From contig CAWJJC010000020.1 of assembly GCA_963843145.1 (NCBI GenBank), positions 128,001 through 192,000 on the forward strand: a DNA stretch of 64,000 nt. Direction: 5' to 3'. This stretch comes from an uncultured delta proteobacterium. Its GTDB lineage: Bacteria; Desulfobacterota; RBG-13-43-22. Made by a program: the position numbers and the translations under genes. Positions 19,987-28,432 of the stretch are shown piece after piece. Under the pieces are notes generated by a model, which was given only the letters and a program-made list of their open reading frames with translations, was not told the origin of the DNA and made no database searches. How positions within the stretch are numbered: the stretch's first letter is position 1; each line of letters begins with the position of its first letter.

Positions 19987-20036
19987 GAACCAAAAATGTT
20001 ATTATTTATTGAACAAGAATCAGCAGGGGGAAGATT

Positions 20037-20528
20037 ATGGAGGCGATTATTTTGCTGGGTCACGGCAGCCGGGTCCCGGACGCCGGCCAGGCCATGACCC
20101 GGGTGGCCAAACGTTTGAAAAAAAAATTCGGTTACCCGCAGGTGGAGGTTTGTTTTATGTCCCGCCTGGGGCCCCATTTCCCGGAAACTTTTGAGAAATG
20201 CGTGCGCCAGGGGGCCTCGCGAGTGGTAGTGATCCCCTACTTTCTGCACACCGGCTTGCATATCCTCCTGGACATTCCGGAAATGATGCAGGAAGAGGCT
20301 AAAAAACACCCGCAGGTGCAATTGATCTTCGGCCGAAGTCTAGGGTTCGACGAATCCCTGGTGGATCTGGTCAACCATTGCATCCAGGCCTCCGCGGATT
20401 GTACCGATGTGAGAGAGATCGTCCTCCCCCCCAAAGAGAAATTCCCCATCCCCCCGGGCCAGGCGGTATTCGTGCCCATGGATCCCGAGGAAGCGGCGGT
20501 TTATCGCAAAAACGGCAACGGCCTATGA
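20037..20528 (+). CDS. cbiX: Sirohydrochlorin cobaltochelatase, short single-domain type
   Basis: ILLGHGSR, PYFLHTGLH..DIP. Confidence 0.88.
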   Translation: MEAIILLGHGSRVPDAGQAMTRVAKRLKKKFGYPQVEVCFMSRLGPHFPETFEKCVRQGASRVVVIPYFLHTGLHILLDIPEMMQEEAKKHPQVQLIFGRSLGFDESLVDLVNHCIQASADCTDVREIVLPPKEKFPIPPGQAVFVPMDPEEAAVYRKNGNGL

Positions 20529-21283
20529 AGAAACAAAAACTGTTCGGCGCCCTTTTGGGTGTGCTGCTCTTCGATTTAACGTTTCCTTTGGACAGCGCCC
20601 GGGCCATGCATATTTCCGAAGGAATTCTGCCCTTTTCCTGGGCCGTCTTCTGGTTTCTGGCCGCTATCCCCTTTGTCGGCTATGGCCTTTACCGACTGAA
20701 AAAAATTTCTCGGACAGACCTGTCTTTCAAACCCCTGGTAGGGCTTTTGGCCGCCTTTGTTTTTATCATTTCCTGTATGCCGGTGCCCGTACCCACGGCC
20801 GGAACCTGTTCCCATCCCTGTGGGACCGGGTTATCGGCGATTTTGGTGGGCCCCGGCATCAGTATCCTGATTGCCGCCGTGGCCCTCCTGATCCAGGCCC
20901 TGTTTTTGGCCCATGGCGGATTAAGCACGCTGGGAGCGAATATAATGGCGATGGGAGTGCTGGGGTCTCTGGTCGGCTTTTTTACTTTCCGCATCTTAAG
21001 AACGTTTAAGGCCAGCCTGGCGGTGGCCGGTTTCTTAGCCGGATTACTGGCCGATTGGGCCACCTACGCCACGACCTCTTTCATCCTGACCCTGGGGATT
21101 CGAGGAGATGCTTCTTTCTCCTCCATTTTCACTAAAATCCTGATCGCCTTTATTCCCACCCAGTTGCCCCTCGGTCTCCTGGAAGGGGCGATGACGGCCG
21201 GCATGGTTATCCTACTCTCCAAAAAACGCCCCGACCTGTTAATCAAAATGAGGGTCTTGAAATCATCGGAGGCGCTGGTATGA
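20525..21283 (+). CDS. cbiM: Cobalt ECF transporter S component with N-terminal leader
   Basis: ARA|MHISEGILP, GTCSHPCG, HGGLSTLGAN, PTQLPL. Confidence 0.93.
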   Translation: MKKQKLFGALLGVLLFDLTFPLDSARAMHISEGILPFSWAVFWFLAAIPFVGYGLYRLKKISRTDLSFKPLVGLLAAFVFIISCMPVPVPTAGTCSHPCGTGLSAILVGPGISILIAAVALLIQALFLAHGGLSTLGANIMAMGVLGSLVGFFTFRILRTFKASLAVAGFLAGLLADWATYATTSFILTLGIRGDASFSSIFTKILIAFIPTQLPLGLLEGAMTAGMVILLSKKRPDLLIKMRVLKSSEALV

Positions 21284-21609
21284 AAACTTCCGCCCGGAGA
21301 ACGATGGTCTGGCTGGTATTCTTTTTTCTTAGCCTCTACCCCTTCTATGCCTTGGCTGTGGAAAAAAACGGGAAATGGTCCGGCATCGATGAGTCGGTGG
21401 TTGAAAAAATTGCCAAGGAGCATGGGCGCGAGGCCCGGGAACCGATCATTAATACCGATCAAGGTGACCTGCTGCTGTTCGTCTTCCTTCTGGCCGGGGC
21501 CGTGGGCGGATTTGTGGCCGGCTATTACTGGAGAAGGCTGATCACTGAAAAAGCGCCTCTCACCAACCGGGCCGAGGGCCCTAAAGGATCCCGGGGGACA
21601 CTTCATTAA
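21280..21609 (+). CDS. Cobalt transport small membrane component (CbiN-like)
   Basis: WSGIDESVVEK, GDLLLFVFLLAGAVGGFVAGYYWR; lies between cbiM and cbiQ. Confidence 0.8.
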   Translation: MKTSARRTMVWLVFFFLSLYPFYALAVEKNGKWSGIDESVVEKIAKEHGREAREPIINTDQGDLLLFVFLLAGAVGGFVAGYYWRRLITEKAPLTNRAEGPKGSRGTLH

Positions 21610-22368
21610 ATGGAACTCTTCCCCGAATCCTTTCATCCGGATCACTGGCTTTCAAAAATCGACGCCCGGGTTAAACTTCCGGCCGCGGTCCTGGTTTTGA
21701 TCATGATTTTGACCCAGCAGGGCTTTGCCTTCCCCTGGATAGTTACCGCCGCCGCCCTGCTCCTCCTGAACCGGATGAGGATACCCCTTAAGGTTTACCT
21801 GCTGAGAATCGGCGAGCCGCTGCTCATTATTCTCATGTTGATTTTTTTAAAAACCTTCTTCACCGGTCGGGAAGTCTTTTATTCCCTGGACCTCTGGGGC
21901 TGGACCTTGACGGCCCATCAGGACGGCCTGTTGGAAGGACTTCGGATCGGCAGCCGGATCATCGGAGCCGTTTCCCTGGTGGTCCTGCTCAGTTTTTGCA
22001 CTTCTTTCACCGATTTCATAGCCGGCCTCTCCTGGTTCAAGGTTCCCAAGGGCCTGATTGAGATTCTTCTCTTCGCCTACCGTTACATCTTCGTTCTTTT
22101 GGAAGAGGCCCAGGTGATCTACCTGGCCCAGAAAAACCGTTTCGGCTACTCCAGCCTGGCCCGGGGACTGAATTCTTTCGGGACCCTGACCGGCTCCCTG
22201 ATCCTCCGGGTCTTTGAGCACAGCCAGAATGTCTCGGTTTCCATGATCCAACGGGGTTATGACGGGCACCTGCCCTCGATGAAACATAAATCCTTCAAAA
22301 CGGCTGAAGTCCTTTGTTCCTGCCTGGTGCTGCTGGTCTTTGGAATCCTATGGCAGCTAACCCGATAA
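21610..22368 (+). CDS. cbiQ: Cobalt ECF transporter T component
   Basis: IDARVK, AYRYIFVL, RFGY, MIQRGY. Confidence 0.92.
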   Translation: MELFPESFHPDHWLSKIDARVKLPAAVLVLIMILTQQGFAFPWIVTAAALLLLNRMRIPLKVYLLRIGEPLLIILMLIFLKTFFTGREVFYSLDLWGWTLTAHQDGLLEGLRIGSRIIGAVSLVVLLSFCTSFTDFIAGLSWFKVPKGLIEILLFAYRYIFVLLEEAQVIYLAQKNRFGYSSLARGLNSFGTLTGSLILRVFEHSQNVSVSMIQRGYDGHLPSMKHKSFKTAEVLCSCLVLLVFGILWQLTR

Positions 22369-23234
22369 GGCTCCAGGCCCGGGAGGTATTCTACCATTAC
22401 CCGGACGGCACGGCGGCCCTGGGTCAGATCAACCTCTCTATCCACGATGGGGAGTTTATCGGCCTGTTGGGGGCCAATGGGTCCGGGAAAACCACGCTGC
22501 TTAAAGTTCTGGACGGCCTGATCCGGGATTTCAAGGGGACCGTCACCCTGGACGGGTCGAATATCAAAGCACTGACGGCCAAAGAAATCTACGGCCGGAT
22601 GGGCATGGTCTTCCAAAACCCGGACGACCAGCTTTTCGCCTCCACGGTCTTTGAAGATGTGGCCTTCGGACCGATTAACATGGGCTTTCCGGAGCGGGAG
22701 GTGCGGACGCGGGTCGCCCGGGCCATGGCCGACGTGGAAATGGAAGGGTTCGCCAAAAAATCGATCCACCATCTCAGCTTTGGTCAAAAGAAAAGGATCT
22801 GCATCGCCGGCCTGCTGGCCATGGGACATCAGATTCTGCTGCTAGATGAACCGACCGCCGGCCTGGACCCTATGGGCGAATATAAGATGATGAACCTGCT
22901 GACCAAGCTGAACCAGGAATCTCGGGTCACTATCGTCATGGCCACCCACAGCGTGGATCTGGTACCTATTTTCTTGGACCGGCTGTATATCCTGGTGCAG
23001 GGCCGGATTGTCCGTAGCGGTACTCCGGAAGAAGTCCTTACGGCGCCGGAAGAGATGACCCAGGTGAAACTCCGACTGCCTCAAATCGCGGAATTGATTT
23101 ATCGTCTGAAACACGAAGATCATCTGCCCTTTAAAAAAATCCCCTTGACCATCGGCGAGGCCCGCCGGGAGCTGCTGAGGCTGTTGGAAGACAAGGAGAA
23201 AGACCTAACCAAAAATTCAAATATTTTTGGTTAA
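22350..23234 (+). CDS. cbiO: Cobalt ECF transporter ATPase
   Basis: GANGSGKT, FQNPDDQLF, LSFGQKKR, LLDEPT. Confidence 0.93.
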   Translation: MAANPIRLQAREVFYHYPDGTAALGQINLSIHDGEFIGLLGANGSGKTTLLKVLDGLIRDFKGTVTLDGSNIKALTAKEIYGRMGMVFQNPDDQLFASTVFEDVAFGPINMGFPEREVRTRVARAMADVEMEGFAKKSIHHLSFGQKKRICIAGLLAMGHQILLLDEPTAGLDPMGEYKMMNLLTKLNQESRVTIVMATHSVDLVPIFLDRLYILVQGRIVRSGTPEEVLTAPEEMTQVKLRLPQIAELIYRLKHEDHLPFKKIPLTIGEARRELLRLLEDKEKDLTKNSNIFG

Positions 23235-23393
23235 AATTCGAAACTCGAAATCCGAAATCCGAAACAAATTCAAATGATCAAATTTCAAAATCGAAAAGTT
23301 TTTGTTTTGAACATTTGAATTTTGGACCTTCGTGCTTGTTTCGGCCTGCGACGAGCTCAGCCGAGTCGATTTCGTGCTTCGGATTTCGAATTT
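23234..23393. repeat. Heptamer-armed hairpin element E3 (inverted relative to E1/E2, carries a 24-bp insert)
   Basis: Same arms as E1/E2 in swapped order; CCTGCGACGAGCTCAGCCGAGTCG inserted at 23345-23368. Confidence 0.9.
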
Positions 23394-23461
23394 ATAGGTC
23401 CTCTTGTTCAAATGTTGGTGATGAATTCTCAGATTGAAACCTAAACGGATCTAACCAAAGG

Positions 23462-24541
23462 ATGAGCACTCTTCGTTCAGGCTTTACCACCGGAACCTGC
23501 GCGGCCGCGGCCGCCAAGGCGGCGACGCTTCTTCTTCTGGGGGAAGTCTCGGTCACCAACGTAGAAATCGGTCTTCCCGACGGGGAACGGATTCGATTCC
23601 CCGTGGTCTGGAGCCGGACGGATCAGGACTATGCCCAAGCCGCCGTGCGCAAAGACGCCGGAGACGACCCGGACATTACCCATCAGGCGGTGATCAAAGC
23701 CCGGGTGGATTGGAAGGAGGGAGCGGAAATTGAATTTCAGGCCGGGGAAGGGGTCGGGATTGTTACCAAGCCGGGATTAGCCATTCCCCCCGGGGAGGCG
23801 GCCATCAATCCGGTTCCCCGGCGGATGATCCGGGATGCGGTTCGCGAAGTCACCGACCGAGCCGTCCGCGTCACCGTATCCATCCCCGACGGGAAAGCCC
23901 TGGCCGCCAAAACCTTTAACCCCAAATTGGGGGTGCAGGGCGGTTTATCCATCCTGGGGACGACCGGGAGGGTCAGGCCGTTCAGTTGTCCGGCCCTGCA
24001 GGAATCGCTGCGCTGCGCCCTGCAGGTGGCCCTGGCCCTGGGCCTGAAAGACCTGGTCTTTGTGCCCGGCCATATCGGGGAAAAGGCGGCCCACAGGCAT
24101 TTTGCCCTCCGCCCGGAGCAGGTCATCGAGGTTAGCAACGAGTGGGGCTACATGCTGGGGCAGGCCATTCGTGAAAAGGTCCCCCGGCTGCTGGTGCTGG
24201 GGCATCCCGGGAAACTGGTTAAGCTGGCCGAAGGGATGTGGGACACCCATTCGGGCCGATCCGGAAGCGCCCTGCCTCTGGTGGAAAAAATCGCCGCCGA
24301 TCATTTTTCCAGACCCCTTCCGGAAGCCAACACAGTGGAGGGCTTTCTGGCCGCCTGGCCGGAGGGGACCCGAGGGGAACTGGCGGAAAGGTTGGCCCGG
24401 CGGGTGCATCGGGCGGTAGAAAAATTTACCGGGCAACAAATCCATGTCGCCGTGGTCCTAGTCAACCTCAAAGGAGACCGTCTGGGCAGCGCGGGAGATT
24501 TAACCCCATGGGCCATGAACCTTACCCCATCGTCATCGTAG
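23462..24541 (+). CDS. cbiD: Cobalt-precorrin-5B C1-methyltransferase
   Basis: LRSGFTTGTCAAAAAKAA, KDAGDDPDITH, AINPVPR, GGLSILGTTG, DTHS. Confidence 0.95.
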   Translation: MSTLRSGFTTGTCAAAAAKAATLLLLGEVSVTNVEIGLPDGERIRFPVVWSRTDQDYAQAAVRKDAGDDPDITHQAVIKARVDWKEGAEIEFQAGEGVGIVTKPGLAIPPGEAAINPVPRRMIRDAVREVTDRAVRVTVSIPDGKALAAKTFNPKLGVQGGLSILGTTGRVRPFSCPALQESLRCALQVALALGLKDLVFVPGHIGEKAAHRHFALRPEQVIEVSNEWGYMLGQAIREKVPRLLVLGHPGKLVKLAEGMWDTHSGRSGSALPLVEKIAADHFSRPLPEANTVEGFLAAWPEGTRGELAERLARRVHRAVEKFTGQQIHVAVVLVNLKGDRLGSAGDLTPWAMNLTPSSS

Positions 24542-25137
24542 GCTGCGGCCCGGGTTCTCCGAAATACCTGACGGCGGCGGCCATCCGGGCCGTTCAGGAG
24601 GCGGAAGTGCTGGTGGGTGCCCGGCGATTGCTGGATCTTTTTCCCGAACACCCGGGTGAACGAATTCTGATGGAAGCTCACACCGAAAAAGTGTTGGTCG
24701 CCATCGGTCAGCAACCGGGGAAAAAAATCGCCGTGCTGGTTACCGGAGACCCCGGGTTGGCCAGCCTGGCCCAACCGATCCTGAAACGCTTCGGCCGGAG
24801 CCGTTGCCGGGTGATCCCCGGGGTCAGTTCCCTTCAGGCGGCCTTTGCTCGTTTGGGACTGGATTGGCTGGGGGTCCGGATCATTGATGCCCATGGGAAA
24901 GACCCTTCGGTTCACCTGAAAACGTTGGAGGGTATAAACAAAATCGCTGTTTTGGGAGGTCGACAGGACTCCCTCGCCTGGATTCTTCAGGAGATCTCGG
25001 CTCTGGGTGATGATTTTAGGCTCTGGGCCTGCGAGGACTTGACCCTCGAGACCGAACGGATCCGGGAACTGGACCCGCGGACCTCTGCCGGGTTGGCGTT
25101 ATCCTCGCGAACGATTTTTATCTTGGTGCGGAAATAA
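24508..25137 (+). CDS. cbiE: Cobalt-precorrin-7 C5-methyltransferase (stand-alone CbiE)
   Basis: IVGCGPG, VLVTGDPG, IPGVSSLQAAFARLG, EDLT..TERI. Confidence 0.88.
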   Translation: MGHEPYPIVIVGCGPGSPKYLTAAAIRAVQEAEVLVGARRLLDLFPEHPGERILMEAHTEKVLVAIGQQPGKKIAVLVTGDPGLASLAQPILKRFGRSRCRVIPGVSSLQAAFARLGLDWLGVRIIDAHGKDPSVHLKTLEGINKIAVLGGRQDSLAWILQEISALGDDFRLWACEDLTLETERIRELDPRTSAGLALSSRTIFILVRK

Positions 25138-25156
25138 AAAAACTAGGACCGGTACT

Positions 25157-25972
25157 ATGAAATTAGGAACCATTTACGGGATCGGTGTAGGACCCGGCGA
25201 CCCCGAACTGATTACTTTGAAAGGGGCCAACGTACTGAAGAAGTGCCGACAGGTCTTTGTCCCCAAGGCCCGTGGGGAGGGGGACAGCGCGGCCCTGTCC
25301 ATTGCCGGGGCCTATCTGCGGGACGACGCTGAAATCCATGAGCTGGTTTTTCCCATGATCACGGATCCGGTGGAGCTGGCCCGCCGCTGGGAAGAATCAG
25401 CCGGGCAGGTGGCCGCCGCGCTTCAAGTCGGGGAAGACGCCTGCTTCCTAACCCTGGGGGACCCGCTGCTCTATTCCACGTATATTTATCTTCTCCGGGC
25501 CCTGCGGAAGCTCCTGCCCGAGACGCAGGCGGTGACTGTTCCGGGGATTACGGCCTTCAGCGCCGCCGCGGCCCTGACCGATTTTCCCATCGGCGAAGCC
25601 AAGGAACCGGTTACCATCGTCCCTACGGCGGACGACCTGCAGGCCCTGGAAGAAGCCCTGGACCGGGGCGGCACGGTGGTCTTGATGAAGATCGGCAAAC
25701 GGCTGGTCAAGATCCTGGACCTGCTGGAGAATAAAAAGCTGCTGGGCCAAGCCGTATTTGTGTCCCGGGCCGGACAGCCCGACCAGCGCTTGGAAACGGA
25801 CCTGCGCAAACTGCGGGCCGAAGGACCGGAAGCCGGTTACCTGTCCATTATTTTGGTTCATGCCGGAAAAGGCAAATTCGAAACTCGAAATCGAAATCCG
25901 AAACAAATTCAAATGACCAAAACTCGAAATTCAAAACCCTTGGTTCATAAACCTCAGCGACCCACCAGTTGA
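25157..25972 (+). CDS. cbiL: Cobalt-factor II / precorrin-2 C20-methyltransferase; C-terminus reads into element E4
   Basis: YGIGVGPGDPELITLK, LTLGDPLLYST, VPGIT, VLMK, YLSII. Confidence 0.92.
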   Translation: MKLGTIYGIGVGPGDPELITLKGANVLKKCRQVFVPKARGEGDSAALSIAGAYLRDDAEIHELVFPMITDPVELARRWEESAGQVAAALQVGEDACFLTLGDPLLYSTYIYLLRALRKLLPETQAVTVPGITAFSAAAALTDFPIGEAKEPVTIVPTADDLQALEEALDRGGTVVLMKIGKRLVKILDLLENKKLLGQAVFVSRAGQPDQRLETDLRKLRAEGPEAGYLSIILVHAGKGKFETRNRNPKQIQMTKTRNSKPLVHKPQRPTS

Positions 25973-26079
25973 GGCATACCATTCTTTCTATTTCTGTTCC
26001 GGAAGGGGAAGTCGTTTCGGACATTTGAATTTTGAACATTGTTATTTGTTTCGGATTTCGTGCTTCGAATTTCGAATTT
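25874..26079. repeat. Heptamer-armed hairpin element E4 (206 bp, long unique loop)
   Basis: AAATTCG AAACTCG AAATCG AAATCCG AAACAAATTCAAATG... unique spacer ...CGGATTT CGTGCTT CGAATTT CGAATTT. Confidence 0.9.
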
Positions 26080-26103
26080 AAACTCAACATAGGCTGTAAA
26101 ATT

Positions 26104-26862
26104 ATGAAGGTTTACTTTGTCGGCGCCGGGCCCGGAGACCCGGAATTATTGACCCTCAAAGCGGACCGGATACTCCGGGGCTGCCGCTGTTGCATCTATG
26201 CCGGTTCCCTCATCAACCCGGAGATACTGAAACGCTTGCCGGAAGAGGCCGAACGCTATGATTCAGCCAAAATGGACCTTCCGGAAATCATTAAAATCAT
26301 CGAACAGGCCCGGACCCGGGGAAACGATGTGGTCCGGCTTCATTCCGGCGATCCCTCGATCTATGGCGCCATCCGGGAGCAGATGAACGAACTGGACTTT
26401 CGAGGTATTCCTTACGAAGTGGTCCCCGGGGTCAGCTCCTTTCAGGCGGCGGCCGCGGCCCTGCCCGCCGAACTGACTGCTCCGGAGGTCTCCCAGACCA
26501 TCATCCTGACCCGCACTTCCGGCCGCACCCCGGTTCCCGAAAAACAGCAACTCCAGGAATTGGCCCGTTCCCAGGCGACCCTCTGCATCTTTCTGTCGGT
26601 AGATCGTTTAGCCGAGATCACCGCCGAGCTGATCCCCCATTATGGCGCTGATGGCCCGGCGGCTGTGGTCTACCGGGCCTCCTGGCCGGACCAAAAAGTG
26701 ATCCGGGGGACTTTGGCCGATATCGCCGGTCAGGTCGAAAAGGCCGGCATTAAAAAGACCGCCTTGATTATCGTGGGTCAAGCCCTTTCCCGCCGTATCC
26801 CGGCCTCCAAGTTGTATGACCAGGCCTTTTCCCACGGCTATCGAAAGGCCCGGCCGGAATGA
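26104..26862 (+). CDS. cbiF: Cobalt-precorrin-4 C11-methyltransferase
   Basis: MKVYFVGAGPGDPELLT, YAGSL, RLHSGDPSIYGAIREQ, ASWPDQ, SKLY. Confidence 0.95.
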   Translation: MKVYFVGAGPGDPELLTLKADRILRGCRCCIYAGSLINPEILKRLPEEAERYDSAKMDLPEIIKIIEQARTRGNDVVRLHSGDPSIYGAIREQMNELDFRGIPYEVVPGVSSFQAAAAALPAELTAPEVSQTIILTRTSGRTPVPEKQQLQELARSQATLCIFLSVDRLAEITAELIPHYGADGPAAVVYRASWPDQKVIRGTLADIAGQVEKAGIKKTALIIVGQALSRRIPASKLYDQAFSHGYRKARPE

Positions 26863-27632
26863 GGCTGGCCCTGATCAGCCTTTCCAACGAAGGGGCGCTG
26901 CTCCTTACCCGGCTGGCCCGTCATTTTCCCGAGTCCCGCATTTTTCTTCATGACAAATGCCGCTCCGACCATTCCGGAGAACGGTTCGGACAGATCACCG
27001 AATTGACCCGAAAAATATTCTGGGAGTATCCGGGACTGGTTTTTGCCGTCCCCACGGGGGTGGCGGTCCGGGCCATCGCCCCTTGGATCAAACATAAGAA
27101 AAAAGATCCGGCCGTAGTGGTCCTGGATGCGGTCGGGCGGTTCGCCATCAGCCTGCTCTCCGGGCACGAAGGCGGAGCCAATGCGTTAGCCCTGACCGTG
27201 GGGAACATTCTCGGCGCCGAGCCGGTCATCACCACTACCACCGAGGCCCTCAAGACGGTGATCGTCGGCGTGGGCTGCCGCCGGGGCGCCCCGGCCAAAA
27301 CAATCCTGGAGGCGGTCGAGGCGGCCCTTCAGGAAGCCGGAATCGACAAGGAAGAGGTACGCTGGCTGGCTTCGGCGGATATCAAGGCCGAAGAGGCCGG
27401 GCTCATTCAGGCGGCTGGGACCCTGGGGATTCCCTACCGGCTGGTCGACTCGGAGGAAATCCGCTTGTCCATTCGACCTTTCCGGCATTCCGAATTTGTG
27501 CGCCAAAAAGTAAACTTGCCCGCCGTGGCCGAGGCCTCGGCCCTGCTGGCAGGAAGGAGGACCCGATTAATACTGCCCAAGAAGATATTCAACGGGGTAA
27601 CCGTGGCCCTGGCCCGGGAAAACTTTTTGTAG
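26859..27632 (+). CDS. cbiG: Cobalt-precorrin-5A hydrolase
   Basis: AVRAIAP...DPAVVVLD, LLSGHEGGAN, GVGCRRG, VAEASAL. Confidence 0.92.
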   Translation: MRLALISLSNEGALLLTRLARHFPESRIFLHDKCRSDHSGERFGQITELTRKIFWEYPGLVFAVPTGVAVRAIAPWIKHKKKDPAVVVLDAVGRFAISLLSGHEGGANALALTVGNILGAEPVITTTTEALKTVIVGVGCRRGAPAKTILEAVEAALQEAGIDKEEVRWLASADIKAEEAGLIQAAGTLGIPYRLVDSEEIRLSIRPFRHSEFVRQKVNLPAVAEASALLAGRRTRLILPKKIFNGVTVALARENFL

Positions 27633-28345
27633 TCGGTATCGGCCCCGGGGGACCGTTGGATCGAACTCGGAGGGCCGAACGGGCCATCGAGGAAAGTCAG
27701 GTAATCGCCGGCTATTCCCGCTATCTGGAACTGATTGCCGATCTGACGAAAGGGAAAAAATTAGTATCTTCCGGAATGCGTCAGGAGACCGAACGCTGCC
27801 GGAAGGCCCTGGAATTAGCACGATCCGGCGAAACCGTAGCCCTGGTTTCCTCCGGGGACCCGGGAATTTACGGCATGGCCGGACTGGCCCTGGAGCTGGC
27901 CGCCGCCGAGGGAAGCTCCGTCTCCATCGAGGTAATTCCTGGGATCACGGCCTCCAGCGCGGCCGCCGCCCGTCTGGGAGCGCCGCTCATGTTGGATTAC
28001 GCCGTCATCAGCTTGAGCGATCTGCTGGTGCCCTGGGAGACCATCCGGATGCGCCTGGAAGCCGTGGCGGCTGCCGACCTGGTCACGGTCCTCTATAATC
28101 CCAGGAGCAAGAAACGGGTGAAGCAATTGGAAGAGGCCGTGGCCATCTTCGCCCGTCACCGGCCGGGAACCACCCCGGTGGGCATCGGCACCGCGGTGGG
28201 CACGGAAGAGGAACAGATCGTCCTGACCGATCTGGCTCAAGTCCTGGAAAAGGAAATCGGCATGCGCAGCCTGGTCATCATCGGCAACCGATCCTCCAGG
28301 AAAGTCTTGGACTGGTTCATCACCCCGAGGGGATATAAAGTCTAA
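27617..28345 (+). CDS. cbiH: Cobalt-precorrin-3B C17-methyltransferase (start uncertain)
   Basis: Frame encodes GKLFVVGIGPG from 27617, then SSGDPGIYGMAG, ISLSDLLVPW, LYNPRS, TPRGY. Confidence 0.92.
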   Translation, partial: GKLFVVGIGPGGPLDRTRRAERAIEESQVIAGYSRYLELIADLTKGKKLVSSGMRQETERCRKALELARSGETVALVSSGDPGIYGMAGLALELAAAEGSSVSIEVIPGITASSAAAARLGAPLMLDYAVISLSDLLVPWETIRMRLEAVAAADLVTVLYNPRSKKRVKQLEEAVAIFARHRPGTTPVGIGTAVGTEEEQIVLTDLAQVLEKEIGMRSLVIIGNRSSRKVLDWFITPRGYKV

Positions 28346-28346
28346 A

Positions 28347-28430
28347 ACCGTTTATTTCGTTGATTTGGTTGATTTCGTTTCTTTCGTTTCAACCAGACAA
28401 CCCAATCAACCCAAAAAACCAAACCAACGG
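28347..28430. repeat. Period-9 imperfect hairpin between cbiH and cbiJ
   Basis: CGTTTATTT CGTTGATTT GGTTGATTT CGTTTCTTT ... AACCCAATC AACCCAAAA AACCAAACC AACGG. Confidence 0.75.
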
Positions 28431-28432
28431 GT

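Noticed and set aside
20525-20606. N-terminal extension before the MHI motif of CbiM
   Set aside because: A cleavable leader on CbiM is already known, so it is not novel.
16982-26079. CRISPR array interpretation of the repeated AAATTCG/AAATCCG sequences
   Set aside because: Units are 7-nt tandem repeats in inverted arms dispersed over kilobases, with no regular repeat-spacer pattern and no cas genes.
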